Assembly (NCBI GenBank): GCA_046290465.1
Contig: JBKAGP010000001.1
Coordinates: 928,001-992,000, forward strand
Direction: 5' to 3'
DNA: 64,000 nucleotides
Source of the DNA: Planctomycetota bacterium
GTDB taxonomy: Bacteria > Planctomycetota > UBA1135 > UBA2386
Part shown: piece by piece, positions 31,380 to 41,844 of the stretch
Numbering within the stretch: the first letter of the stretch is position 1
Layout of the letters: every line of letters starts with the position of its first letter
Translations under genes and position numbers: made by a program
The notes under the pieces: generated by a model
The model's input: the letters and a program-made list of their open reading frames with translations, nothing else
What the model was told of the DNA's origin: nothing
The model's database searches: none

Positions 31380-33787
31380 TGCTCGCCCACTGCATGCAGC
31401 AAGCCCAGGACGCCGCGGCCGAGACCACGACCTACGTCGAGGAGACGTTCCGCTTCCTCAACGCGCCGCCGCTGTGGGTGCTGGCGCTGGTCGTCGTGCC
31501 GGGCTCGATCGCGTTCGCGTGGTGGTCGTACAGCGGCCTCAAGCGGCTCGAACGGCCGACCCGCATCGTGCTGTCGACGCTGCGCTGGCTCGCGATCGTG
31601 TTCTGCGTCGTGCTGCTGTTCCAGCCGGCGTTCGAGATCACGACCTACCGCAAGACCAGAAACCAGGTGCACGTGCTGGTCGACGACAGCGCGTCGATGT
31701 CGCGCAAGGACCGCTACCCGTCGCCGGACCAGAGCGAGTCGCTGACCACCTGGGTCCCGGGTGACCTCGGCGACAAGACCCGCGCCGAGCTGGTGCAGGC
31801 GATCCTGGACGACGAGAAGGGCCTGCTGCCGCAGCTGCGCGAGACCCACGACGTGCGGCTGTTCCGCGTCGACCGCAAGCCGACGCCGATCCGTTCGCTC
31901 GACGAGGTGACCGCGCGCGGCAACCGCACCGCGCTCGGCGACGGCCTCGACCTGCACCTGCAGTCGGCGACCGGCGCCAACCTCGATGCGGTCATCCTGG
32001 TCAGCGACGGCCGCAACAACGCCGGCCTCGACCCGGTCGAGATCGCCGCCAACTACGGCCTGCGCGGCATCCCGGTGCACACCATCGGCGTCGGCGACCC
32101 CGAGCCGCCGCGCAACGCGTGGCTGGTCGGTCCGCCCGGCCCCAAGGAGGCGCTGCGCGAGGAGCAGGTCAGCTTCGACGTGACGCTGCGCGCCGAAGGC
32201 CTGGCCGGCGAACCGGCCCGGATCGAACTCTCCGGCAGCCGCGACGGCGGGCCGTTCGTGCCGCTGGCGACCGCCAACGACGTGCTGCCGGCCGAGGGCG
32301 AGGCGACCAAGGTGCGCGTCACCCACGCGTTCGAGGAAGCCGGCGACTGGACGTTGAAGTTCACGCTGGCTCCCGCCAAGGAGGAGTCGCAGCTCGACGA
32401 CAACGAGGACATCCGCTTCCTGCGCGTCAACGACGAACGCATCCGGGTGCTGTTCTGCGACGACAAGCCGCGCTGGGAGTACCGCTACGTCAAGAACGCG
32501 CTCAAGCGGGTCGACCCGAGCATCGAGATGCAGGCGATCCTGTTCGACGCCAGCCCGCGCTTCATCCAGGAGCACAGCGAAGACCTGCGGCCGATCAAGG
32601 ACCTGCCGCGCACGCCCAAGGAGTTCCTCGAGTACCACGTCATCCTGATCGGTGACGTGCCGCCCGAACGGATCGCGGCGTCCGAAGAAGGCCGCCGCCA
32701 GTGGCTCGAGATGCTGGTCGACTTCGTCGAGTTCGGCGGCGGCGCCGGCTTCCTGTTCGGCGACGCGGCGATGCCCGAGCGCTACCGCAACACGCTGCTG
32801 CAGGACCTGCTGCCGGTCGTGCTCGAAGAGCCGGGCTGGCTCGCCAACAACCGGCCGTCGCGCGAGAACGAGTTCCGCCCGGTGCTCGAGAACCCGCTCA
32901 ACCCGCACGAGATCCTGCTGCTGCAGCGCGACCCGGCGTTCAACCGGCGGCTGTGGGAACAGGGCCTGCCGGGCTTCTACGTCTACCACCCGGTGCAGCG
33001 CGCCAAGCCTGGCGCCACCGTGCTGCTGCGCCACCCCACCGACCGCAACGCCTACGGCAACCGGCCGATCGCGGTGACCGCGCCGTTCCCGCGCGGCACT
33101 ACGTTCTTCCTGGCGACCGACGAGACCTGGCGCTGGCGCGATCCGTACGCCGAGCTCTACATGGACGCGTTCTGGCGCAACGTCGTGCGGCACCTCGCGC
33201 GCGGCCGCCTGGAGCGCCGCAACGACCTGCTCGAACTGACCGTCGACAAGACGCTGTGCGAGACCGGCGACCGCGTGCGCGTGCAGCTGCGCGTGCACGA
33301 CAGCGAACTGCAGCCGGCGGTCGCCAACGAGCAGCCGATCTTCCTGCGCGACGCCGACAACGACGAGCAGAAGCGCATCCTGCGCTCGGTGCCGGGCGAA
33401 CCGGGCCTCTACCAGGCGAGCTTCACGATGGCCGAGGCCGGCGCGTTCAGCTTCCTGGTGTTCGCCAACGAGAACCCCGACGACGCGGTGCTGGCCCGCG
33501 AGGACGTGCTGGTGCGCATTCCCGACCAGGAGCTGGCCAACTCGAGCCAGGACGCCGACGCGCTGCGCCGGATCTCCGAGGCCAGCCACGGCACCGACAA
33601 CAGCGGACGTTATGTCTTCCTCGGCGACGCCACCGGCCTGGTGCCGGAGTTCGCCGACCGGAAATCCTACGAGACCCGTGAGGACACGCGCACTAGACCC
33701 GTATGGGACACGGGCTGGTCCCTGCTGCTCGTGCTGTCCGTGCTGGGGCTCGAATGGCTGCTGCGCAAGCGGGCGCGGCTGATCTAG
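31379..33787 (+). CDS. vWA + glutamine-amidotransferase-like membrane protein
   Basis: Two N-terminal TMs. VDDSASM, SDGRNN, IPVHTIGVG, PRWEYRYVK, TDETWRWR. C-terminal EWLLRKR. Confidence 0.85.
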   Translation: MLAHCMQQAQDAAAETTTYVEETFRFLNAPPLWVLALVVVPGSIAFAWWSYSGLKRLERPTRIVLSTLRWLAIVFCVVLLFQPAFEITTYRKTRNQVHVLVDDSASMSRKDRYPSPDQSESLTTWVPGDLGDKTRAELVQAILDDEKGLLPQLRETHDVRLFRVDRKPTPIRSLDEVTARGNRTALGDGLDLHLQSATGANLDAVILVSDGRNNAGLDPVEIAANYGLRGIPVHTIGVGDPEPPRNAWLVGPPGPKEALREEQVSFDVTLRAEGLAGEPARIELSGSRDGGPFVPLATANDVLPAEGEATKVRVTHAFEEAGDWTLKFTLAPAKEESQLDDNEDIRFLRVNDERIRVLFCDDKPRWEYRYVKNALKRVDPSIEMQAILFDASPRFIQEHSEDLRPIKDLPRTPKEFLEYHVILIGDVPPERIAASEEGRRQWLEMLVDFVEFGGGAGFLFGDAAMPERYRNTLLQDLLPVVLEEPGWLANNRPSRENEFRPVLENPLNPHEILLLQRDPAFNRRLWEQGLPGFYVYHPVQRAKPGATVLLRHPTDRNAYGNRPIAVTAPFPRGTTFFLATDETWRWRDPYAELYMDAFWRNVVRHLARGRLERRNDLLELTVDKTLCETGDRVRVQLRVHDSELQPAVANEQPIFLRDADNDEQKRILRSVPGEPGLYQASFTMAEAGAFSFLVFANENPDDAVLAREDVLVRIPDQELANSSQDADALRRISEASHGTDNSGRYVFLGDATGLVPEFADRKSYETREDTRTRPVWDTGWSLLLVLSVLGLEWLLRKRARLI

Positions 33788-33810
33788 GCCCAATCGAACG
33801 GAGGCTACCG

Positions 33811-36800
33811 ATGCACGGTGTTCCGAGCAAATCCAGGACCGCGGCCCGAAGCGGCGCGCGGCGACGTCTCGCGACGCTGCTCGCCAGCGCCGCCACCTTG
33901 CTGTCGGTAGTCACGCTGCTGTCCGCCAGTGCCGCGGCGCAGTGGCGGCCGGTCCGCACGGTGCCGGCGCCGATCGACTTCGCCACCAGCCAGAACGACA
34001 ACCTGTTCTCGCTGGTCCGCTCCCAGGACGACATCCACGCCCTCGAGACCGCCATCCGCGAACTCGCCGAGGGCAAGCACGACGCCGCCGTGCGCCGCCT
34101 GCACGAACTGCTGCGCATCGACCCGATCGGCGTGGTGCCGGTCGCGCCCGGCCGCTACCTCGGCACCCGCAACGCGGTGATCGCGGTGCTCGCCAACATG
34201 TCGCCGGCCGCCGTCGACCTCTACGAGGAGTTCGCCGCGCGCGAGGCCGGCAACCTGATGGCGCGGCCGCTGCACGAGCTCTCGCCGAGCCGCCTCGACC
34301 AGCTCGCCGACCGCTTCCCCACCACCCGCAAGGGCCTGGCCGCGCGCCTGCTGCTCGGCGACCGCGCGCTCGAGCGAGGCGACGGACTGGCCGCCTCAGA
34401 CCACTACCGCGCCGCGCTCGACGCCACCGCCATCGGCTCCAACGACGAGGAGCGCGTGATCGAGCGCCTCGAGGTCGCGCACGTGCTGGTCGATCCCGTC
34501 TCGGCGCGCGCCGACGCCGAGACCCGGTCCCTGCACCAGGCCGCCGGCGACGTGCTGCCGACGATTCCGGCGCCCGCACCCCGCCAGACTGCGATCGGCG
34601 GCGGCCGCTCGGGCCGCACGCCGATGGACGAACCGGTCGGCGATCCGTCGTCGTTCTGGCGCGAGGAGGTGGTCGCGCCCGGCTTCACCCAGCGCGAGAA
34701 GGGCGAACTCGCGATGTTCCCGACCGGCGACCTCGACACGATGTTCGTCGCCAACGGCCGCGAACTGATCGCGCTCGACCCGTTGAGCCAGTCGATCCGC
34801 TGGGTGTCGGTCTCGCCGCTGCGCGACTTCGGCATGGACGACTACGACCGCGACGAGGACCGCGAGCGTCGCCGCGGCCGTCGACGTGGCCGCGGCCGCA
34901 GCCGCTGGTCGAACGCCGGCGACACGATCAACCAGGACATGGTGCTGTCGGCGGCCGTCACCGACGACGTCGTGGTCGCCGCCCTGCAGGTCCCCGACAC
35001 CGGCGCCAACGTCGACTTCCAGGGCAGCTTCCGGATCATGTCGAAGATCCCCCAGCGGCGCCTGTTCGCGTTCTCGCGCCAGACCGGCAAGGTGCTGTGG
35101 CGGCACTTCGACGAGATCGACGGCCCTCGCACCCGCCGCTACCGCGGCCACGACTCGTGCGGCCCGCCAATCATCGCCGGCGACACCGTCTACGCGCCGA
35201 TCCACGACCGCTCCGGCGCGATCGCGTTCTCGGTGGCCGCCTACGACCTGCGCGACGGCACCCTCAAGTGGCGCCGCCTGGTCTGCTCGAGCCAGCAGGA
35301 CGTCAACATGTTCGGCAACGCGCGCATGGAGTACGCGTCGTCGCCGCTGGCGCTGCACCACGGCGTGCTCTACGGCGCCACCAACCTCGGCGTCGCGTTC
35401 GCCGTCGACGCGCTCAGCGGCCGCGTGCGCTGGATCACGTCGTACGACGTCGTGCGCATGCCGAAGGCGATGCTGCACAACCAGGCCGACCGCCAGGTCT
35501 ACTTCGCCAACAACTCGCCGGTGGTCGCCGACGGCATCGTCTGCATGACGCCGCTCGATTCGCAGCACGCGCTCGGCTTGGACGCCGACGGCGGCAACGT
35601 CGTCTGGCGGCTGCCGTTCGACGCCCGCATCGGCGGCATCGAGAACCGCGTGCAGTGGCTGTGCGGCGCCCTCGATGACGAGTTCGTGCTGTCCGGCGCC
35701 GGCGTCGTCGCGGTCAAGGCGCGGCCCGAATCGGTGTTCGACCGTCGCCCGGTGTTCCGCCAGCTGGTCCGTCCCGACCAGATCGGCGACCGTCGCCGCA
35801 TCCGGATGCCGGCGCGGCCAGCGGTCACCGCCGACCACGTCTACGTGCCGACCGTCGACCGCGTGCTGGCGTTCGACCGCGCCGGCAACCCGCACCAGAG
35901 CCGCCCGCGGATCGAACTGAACGGCTACCAGCCCGGCAACCTGATGCTGGTCGACGGCGCGATCGCGTCGCTGCGCAGCCGCGCGTTCGAGCTGGCGCTC
36001 GACCCGGCCGCGCTGCTGCAGCGCAGCGAGGCCCGCGTGCGCGCCAACCCGGACGACCCCAACGCGCTGCTGCAGCTGGCGACGCTGCGGCGCTCGCTGC
36101 AGGGCAGCAACGCAACGGTCGCCGAGGCGGCCGCCGTGCAGGAACTCTACCGCCGCGGCCTGCAGGCGTGCATCGACCGCGGCCTGCCGGCCGGCCACCC
36201 GACCCGCCAGGCGCTGCAGCGCGAGCTGTTCGATCAGGCGCTCAAGGTCGCGCAGTCGGCCGCCGACGCCGGCGCCGCCGACACGCTCGAACGGCTGGCC
36301 ATCGCGCGCGACCTGGCCCCCGACGACGAACACTGGATCGAGGTGCACACCCAGGTGCTGTCCCGCTGCCGCAGCGACCGCGACCGCTTCCTGCGCGAAC
36401 TGCAGCGTCTCGAACAGCGCGCCCCGGCCGGCGTGATGCCGTCGCCGCTGCGCATGCGCGTCGCGGCGTTCGTGCTGTGGCAGCGCGCGATCGCCTACGA
36501 GGACGAACCGAAGCAGGCCGTGCTGCTGTGGCAGCGCCTGCTCGAGACCTACGGCACGGAGCCGGTCGGCGGTGAGACCGCCGGCGCGATCGCCGAGCAC
36601 TCGCTGTCCCGGCTGATCGAGGAGCACGGCCGCGCCGCCTACGCCGCCATCGACGAGCGCGCCGTCGAGGCCCTGCAGGCGGCCGGCAACGACCCGGGGT
36701 CGCTCGAGGCGGTCACCCGCCGCTTCCCGAACAGCCTCGCCTCCGAACGCGCCGGCATGCGCCTGCTCGACCGCGCCGTCGAGGAAGGCGACCTCGGCGT

Positions 36801-38361
36801 CGCCTGCGCGGTGCTGGCGCGAGCGGTGCGCACCGAGCAGCTGGCGCCGGGGATCCTGCGGCGGGTGCAGGTCGCGGCGATCAACCGCGGCAACCGGCCG
36901 CTGGCCGCCTCGATGGCGGACCTGCTGGACGCGCATCCCGACGCGCCGTCGGACTGGCAGGACGACGCCGGCAAGTCGTTCGCGCAGGCCGGTCGCGACG
37001 CGCTGACGGCGATGACCGCGATGCCCGCGCCGCCGGCGACGCAGGTGCCCGCGCGCGAGGTCGCCAAGATCAAGCCGCGCACCCGCCAGGAGTACGTGCG
37101 CATGCTGCCGACCCGCACCGGCCGCGGCTTCACGCGCCCCGAGGACGCACCGATCTACGTGGTCGCCGGCAGCGACCTGGTCGCGTTCGACCTGCAGGGA
37201 GGCCGCTCGGTCGAGCTGTTCAGCGAGTCGGTCGAGTTCCTCGAACACTGCATCGTCTGCGGCACGACCCTGGTCGTGCCCGACATGGAGCGCCTGTTCG
37301 CGGTCGACTACCGCAGCGGCGAGCTGCGCTGGGAACTCGAGTTCGAGCAACCGCGGCTGATCGAGAGCCTCGGGATCACCAACGGCGTGCTGCACATCTC
37401 GGCGCAGCCGGCGATCCCCGACGGCAACAGCGAACTGATCGGCGTCGAACCGCTGACCGGCACGCGGCTGTTCCAGCGCTCGCTCGACGACCGGCGCCTG
37501 AAGCCGAAGCCGACGTCCGACCAGCTGCTGCTGATGGCGGTGCAGGACGGCGCCGCGTTCGTCGAGCGCATCGACCCGATCACCGGCCGCGCGCTGTCGC
37601 GCATCGACTGCAAGCAGGCGCTCGGTCCCGACCGCCTGCAGCTGCGCCCCGACAGCCTCGCGACGCGCCTCTACCCGCAGGGCATCAGCGGCGACGCGCG
37701 CCACCTGTACCTGCCGGTCGACGGCCGCAGCCAGGAGAACACCCGGCCGCAGCTGTTCGCGCTGACCGACGACGGCGAGGTCTCCTGGCGCTGGCAGGGA
37801 ACCGAGGGCATGCACCTGCTGATGGCGCAGCGCCGCGGCGAGCGCTTCGTGGTCGCCGAAGCGAGCGACCAGCGCAGCTGCCGCATGGTGCTGCTCGACG
37901 CCAACAGCGGCCAGGAGCTGCGCGCGGTCGACATCGGCCACGACGCCGCGATCCTCAACTGGGAGCGGTCGTGGCTCGACAACCCGGCGCCGCCGATCGT
38001 CGCCATCGGCTCCGAGATCGACCGCCAGGAACACCAGCGGCAGCTGATCTGCTTCGCCGTCGAGGACGGACCGTCGTTCGCCGTGCCGCTGCGCCCCAGC
38101 GACGGCGACGTCGAACGCATGCCGCTGTTCGGCGACGGCTTCGTCACCTTCGGGGTGCGGGCGCGCAGCGCCGGCCAGCCGTTCCGCATCTACGCGATCG
38201 ACCTCGAGAGCCGCCGCGGCGCGTTCGCCGGCAACACCAAGGACCGCGCCGTGCCGAGCCCGGGCTCCCCCCATGGGATGACCGGCGTCGGACCGTACAC
38301 TGTGCTTTCGACCACGCAGGGCCTGATTCTGCTGGGCGAGGCACCGGACCAGAACCGATGA
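33811..38361 (+). CDS. Large secreted PQQ-like beta-propeller / TPR repeat protein
   Basis: Signal peptide. Repeated AxDxxTGKVLW / YDLRDGTLKW / VDALSGRVRW / VDYRSGELRW blades, with helical TPR-like regions between two propellers. Confidence 0.82.
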   Translation: MHGVPSKSRTAARSGARRRLATLLASAATLLSVVTLLSASAAAQWRPVRTVPAPIDFATSQNDNLFSLVRSQDDIHALETAIRELAEGKHDAAVRRLHELLRIDPIGVVPVAPGRYLGTRNAVIAVLANMSPAAVDLYEEFAAREAGNLMARPLHELSPSRLDQLADRFPTTRKGLAARLLLGDRALERGDGLAASDHYRAALDATAIGSNDEERVIERLEVAHVLVDPVSARADAETRSLHQAAGDVLPTIPAPAPRQTAIGGGRSGRTPMDEPVGDPSSFWREEVVAPGFTQREKGELAMFPTGDLDTMFVANGRELIALDPLSQSIRWVSVSPLRDFGMDDYDRDEDRERRRGRRRGRGRSRWSNAGDTINQDMVLSAAVTDDVVVAALQVPDTGANVDFQGSFRIMSKIPQRRLFAFSRQTGKVLWRHFDEIDGPRTRRYRGHDSCGPPIIAGDTVYAPIHDRSGAIAFSVAAYDLRDGTLKWRRLVCSSQQDVNMFGNARMEYASSPLALHHGVLYGATNLGVAFAVDALSGRVRWITSYDVVRMPKAMLHNQADRQVYFANNSPVVADGIVCMTPLDSQHALGLDADGGNVVWRLPFDARIGGIENRVQWLCGALDDEFVLSGAGVVAVKARPESVFDRRPVFRQLVRPDQIGDRRRIRMPARPAVTADHVYVPTVDRVLAFDRAGNPHQSRPRIELNGYQPGNLMLVDGAIASLRSRAFELALDPAALLQRSEARVRANPDDPNALLQLATLRRSLQGSNATVAEAAAVQELYRRGLQACIDRGLPAGHPTRQALQRELFDQALKVAQSAADAGAADTLERLAIARDLAPDDEHWIEVHTQVLSRCRSDRDRFLRELQRLEQRAPAGVMPSPLRMRVAAFVLWQRAIAYEDEPKQAVLLWQRLLETYGTEPVGGETAGAIAEHSLSRLIEEHGRAAYAAIDERAVEALQAAGNDPGSLEAVTRRFPNSLASERAGMRLLDRAVEEGDLGVACAVLARAVRTEQLAPGILRRVQVAAINRGNRPLAASMADLLDAHPDAPSDWQDDAGKSFAQAGRDALTAMTAMPAPPATQVPAREVAKIKPRTRQEYVRMLPTRTGRGFTRPEDAPIYVVAGSDLVAFDLQGGRSVELFSESVEFLEHCIVCGTTLVVPDMERLFAVDYRSGELRWELEFEQPRLIESLGITNGVLHISAQPAIPDGNSELIGVEPLTGTRLFQRSLDDRRLKPKPTSDQLLLMAVQDGAAFVERIDPITGRALSRIDCKQALGPDRLQLRPDSLATRLYPQGISGDARHLYLPVDGRSQENTRPQLFALTDDGEVSWRWQGTEGMHLLMAQRRGERFVVAEASDQRSCRMVLLDANSGQELRAVDIGHDAAILNWERSWLDNPAPPIVAIGSEIDRQEHQRQLICFAVEDGPSFAVPLRPSDGDVERMPLFGDGFVTFGVRARSAGQPFRIYAIDLESRRGAFAGNTKDRAVPSPGSPHGMTGVGPYTVLSTTQGLILLGEAPDQNR

Positions 38362-38368
38362 GAACCAG

Positions 38369-39499
38369 ATGACGCGCTTGCACATGATCCCGTTCGCGCT
38401 GCTCGCGACGCTCGCCTGCACCGGCGCGGCGATGGCGCAGGAGACGCTGCGCCGCGGCGCCAGCAACGAGCAGCTCATCGACGACGAACTCCGGCGAGCC
38501 GTGGCCCGCGGCCACGAGTGGCTGGCGGCGCACCAGCACCGCGACGGCTACTGGTCGGAGCTGGTCGGCTACAAGCTCAACACCAACTACGAGACGCTCG
38601 ACGAACGGCCGCTGCCGCACGTCGGCGTGACCTCGCTGGCGTTGATGAGCTTCCTCGCCGGCGGCCACCTGCCCGGCCGCGGCAAGTACGGCAAGGTGCT
38701 CAGCAACGGCCTCGACTTCGTGCTGCGCAGCGCCCAGGACGACGGCCAGATCATGTCCAACGGCACGCGCATGTACAGCCACGCATTCGCGACGCTGTTC
38801 CTCGCCGAGGTCTACGGCATGGTCGAGCGCGACGACGTCAAGCGCGTGCTGCAGCGCTCAGTCGACCTGATCGTCGACTCGCAGAACGCCGAGGGCGGCT
38901 GGCGCTACCGGCCGTTCGCGCGCGAGTCGGACATGTCGATCACGGTCTGCCAGGTGCTGGCGCTGCGCTCGGCGCGCAACGTCGGCATCCACGTGCCGAT
39001 CAACACGATCAAGAACGCGCAGAGCTACGTCTACCGCAGCGCCGTGCGCAGCAACGACCGCAGCTACCGCTACCGCGGCCACGGCGGCTATGGCGACCAG
39101 GGCGGCAGCTTCCGCTACCAGAACCGCGAGCACACCCGCGCGACCTTCCCGCTGACCGCGGCCGGCGTGACCACGCTCTACGCCGCCGGCGAGTACGACA
39201 GCCCGATCATCCGCGACGCGCTCGACTACATGGACCGCCAGGTCAACGGCTTCAGCCGCGACTGGCGCGGCCACTACTTCTTCTTCTACGGCCACTACTA
39301 CGCCGTCCAGGCCTACTACATCACCGGCGACCCGAAGTGGCAGCGCTACTTCCGCACCATCAAGCGCATGCTGCTCGACAGCCAGCAGGGCAACGGCCGC
39401 TGGCGCTGCCAGGTCGGCCCCGGTGACGCGTTCGGCACCGCCGTCGCGACCCTGATCCTGCAGATCCCGCTGCAGTACCTCCCGATCTTCCAACGCTGA
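38369..39499 (+). CDS. Secreted prenyltransferase/squalene-oxidase-repeat (alpha/alpha toroid) protein
   Basis: GHEWLAAHQHRDGYW, MYSHAFATLFLAE, SQNAEGGWRY, SDMSITVCQ, YFFFYGHYYA, QQGNGRW, YLPIFQR. Confidence 0.88.
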   Translation: MTRLHMIPFALLATLACTGAAMAQETLRRGASNEQLIDDELRRAVARGHEWLAAHQHRDGYWSELVGYKLNTNYETLDERPLPHVGVTSLALMSFLAGGHLPGRGKYGKVLSNGLDFVLRSAQDDGQIMSNGTRMYSHAFATLFLAEVYGMVERDDVKRVLQRSVDLIVDSQNAEGGWRYRPFARESDMSITVCQVLALRSARNVGIHVPINTIKNAQSYVYRSAVRSNDRSYRYRGHGGYGDQGGSFRYQNREHTRATFPLTAAGVTTLYAAGEYDSPIIRDALDYMDRQVNGFSRDWRGHYFFFYGHYYAVQAYYITGDPKWQRYFRTIKRMLLDSQQGNGRWRCQVGPGDAFGTAVATLILQIPLQYLPIFQR

Positions 39500-41844
39500 T
39501 GCCGACTCCCGCAGGTAACGACCCCGTCACCGCACAACTGCGCCCGCTGCTGGCCCGCCAGCTCGGCAAGCTGCGCAGTCGCTACCTGCTGTATGGCCTC
39601 GCCAAGGCGCTGCTGTGGACCACGGCGCTGGTGGTGCTGTTCTTCGTGCTCGACCGCTGGCTGCGGCTGCCGACGCCGATCCGCCTGCTGCACACCGCCG
39701 CGACCGTCGCCGCGTGCGGCTACGCGATCGTGCACTTCGTGCGCTACCCGATGAGCCGGCGCTTCACCGACTTCGACCTGGCGATGTGGATGGAGAACAC
39801 CTACCCGGACCTGCACCAGCGGCTGGTCAGCGCCGTGCAGCTGCACCAGGCCTCGGCCGACGCCGCCGGCAACGGCGAACTGCGCAACCAGTCGCGCGCG
39901 ATGATCGACCGGCTCTGGCAGGAGACCGCCGAACGCACCCGCGAGCTGCGCCTCGACGCGCTGTTCGACAACCGCGCCCTCAACCGCGTGCTCGGCGGCG
40001 CCGCACTGCTGTCGCTGACGCTCGGCATCGGCGCGCTGCTGTCGCCCGAGACCGCCCGCACGTTCGTGCTGCGCCACCTCGGCGTGCAGGTCGACTACCC
40101 GCGCGACACCACGCTGATCGTCGAGCTGCCGCCAGCCGGTCCCGACCTGCAGCGCACCGACCGCGCCGGCGAGACCGAGCTGGTGCTGCCCGCCGGCGCC
40201 GACCTGCACGTCAGCGTGCTGGCCGAAGGCGTGGTGCCGAAGGAGGCGTTCCTCGACCTGCGCACGCTGCGCGACGACGGCGCGACCGGCTCGACCCGCA
40301 GCGTGCCGCTGACGCCGCGGCCCGGCGACCGCTTCCGCCACGTGTTCCGCCGGCTGTCCGGCGCGTTCGAGTTCCGCGCGCGCGGCGGCGACGACGACCA
40401 GGGCGACCGGCTGGTGATCGTTCGCACCGTGCGGCCGGCCCAGGTCGCGACGCTGACCGCGTCGATCGAACCGCCGGCCTACACCGGCGTCGACCGCATC
40501 GAACAGCAGGGCGGCGCCATCGAGGCGCTGGTCGGCAGCGCCGTGCAGCTGACCGTGCAGGTCACCGCGCCGGTGCGCGAGGCCCAGCTGGTGTTCCTCG
40601 AGAACGGCCGCAAGGTGCCGCTCGAGGCCGTGCAGCTGCAGGACGACGGCGGCGCGTCGACCGGCTTCCGCGGCGCGTTCGTGCTGCAGGCCAGTGACCG
40701 CTACCAGATCGAGCTGGTCGCCGACAACGGCCTGCGCAACCCCAACCCCGGCACCTACCCGATCTCGGCGCTGCAGGACTATGCGCCGGTCGGCCGCTGG
40801 CTGCTGCCCGAGGACGACACGCTGGCGCTGCTGCCGACCGGCCTGCTGTGCCTGCGCGTCGACGCGCGCGACGACTTCGGCCTGACCGCGGTCGACCTGA
40901 GCATCGAACGCGCCGGCGACGTCGTGCTGACCCGCCCGCTGCTCGAAGGGGTCGCGCCCGAGGGCCAGCCAGCCGAACCGGTCAAGCGGATCTTCCCGAC
41001 CCAGCTGTTCGAGGTGCGCGACCTGCTCGGCGACTCCCAGACCGGCGAGGGCCTGTTCGCGCGGCTGGAGCTGCGCGACAACAAGGACCCCGCACCCGGC
41101 ACCGCCGAACTGCCGCGCCGGATCGTGCAGATCGTCGACCCCCAACAGCTGGCCGGCCTGATCGCCAAGAGCTTCCGCCGCCTGCGCGAGACCGTCGAGC
41201 AGGCCGACGCGATCCAGCAGGACCGCAAGGAGCGGCTCGCCGAGCTGATCGGCCGCCAGCAGGAGGGCGCCAACGCCGCCGGCCCCGGCGAGGTCGCGCA
41301 GATCCTGACCGGCGTCGAGGTCGGCCAGGGCCGCATCCAGAGCTCGATCCAGCGGGTCCACCTGGGCCTGATGCGGGCGTTCGACCTGCACCTGTGGAAC
41401 CGCCTCGAGACCAGCCAGCACGCCGCCACCGTCGTGGAACTGTTCCGCGAACATGCGGCGAAGCTGACCGAACCCATGGCAGTCGACCCGGCCTTCTACC
41501 GCGACCTGATCGCCCGACGTAAGGCGGGGACGCTCGGTGCGATGGAGACCACGCTCGACCCGATCCTGACCATGATCGACCTGACCGACCAGCTGGCGAT
41601 CGACGACGCCCCCGAGGTGGCGCGGCTGCTGGCGAAGGCGCAGGTCGCCCGTGGGGACGGCGACCGCATGCCGTTGCTGGCCGAGGTGCAGCAGCGTCAA
41701 CAGCACATCGAAGAGGTCCTCAAGCAGCTGCTGCTGCGGCTCGAGGAATGGAACGACTACCAGGACCTGGTGCAGGAGGTGCGGGCGCTGCGCGACCGCC
41801 AGCGCGACCTCCAGAACCGGACCGAAGAAGCGCGAGGCAAGTGA
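39499..41844 (+). CDS. Membrane protein with Ig-like region and coiled coil (DUF4175-like, part 1)
   Basis: 3 TMs, YPDLHQRLVSAVQL, IEPPAYTG, ARDDFGL. Start overlaps the previous stop. Confidence 0.75.
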   Translation: MPTPAGNDPVTAQLRPLLARQLGKLRSRYLLYGLAKALLWTTALVVLFFVLDRWLRLPTPIRLLHTAATVAACGYAIVHFVRYPMSRRFTDFDLAMWMENTYPDLHQRLVSAVQLHQASADAAGNGELRNQSRAMIDRLWQETAERTRELRLDALFDNRALNRVLGGAALLSLTLGIGALLSPETARTFVLRHLGVQVDYPRDTTLIVELPPAGPDLQRTDRAGETELVLPAGADLHVSVLAEGVVPKEAFLDLRTLRDDGATGSTRSVPLTPRPGDRFRHVFRRLSGAFEFRARGGDDDQGDRLVIVRTVRPAQVATLTASIEPPAYTGVDRIEQQGGAIEALVGSAVQLTVQVTAPVREAQLVFLENGRKVPLEAVQLQDDGGASTGFRGAFVLQASDRYQIELVADNGLRNPNPGTYPISALQDYAPVGRWLLPEDDTLALLPTGLLCLRVDARDDFGLTAVDLSIERAGDVVLTRPLLEGVAPEGQPAEPVKRIFPTQLFEVRDLLGDSQTGEGLFARLELRDNKDPAPGTAELPRRIVQIVDPQQLAGLIAKSFRRLRETVEQADAIQQDRKERLAELIGRQQEGANAAGPGEVAQILTGVEVGQGRIQSSIQRVHLGLMRAFDLHLWNRLETSQHAATVVELFREHAAKLTEPMAVDPAFYRDLIARRKAGTLGAMETTLDPILTMIDLTDQLAIDDAPEVARLLAKAQVARGDGDRMPLLAEVQQRQQHIEEVLKQLLLRLEEWNDYQDLVQEVRALRDRQRDLQNRTEEARGK

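Noticed and set aside
38369..39499. Squalene-hopene cyclase / terpene biosynthetic cluster
   Set aside because: Single secreted toroid domain without the DxDD catalytic motif, and the context is the MoxR operon.
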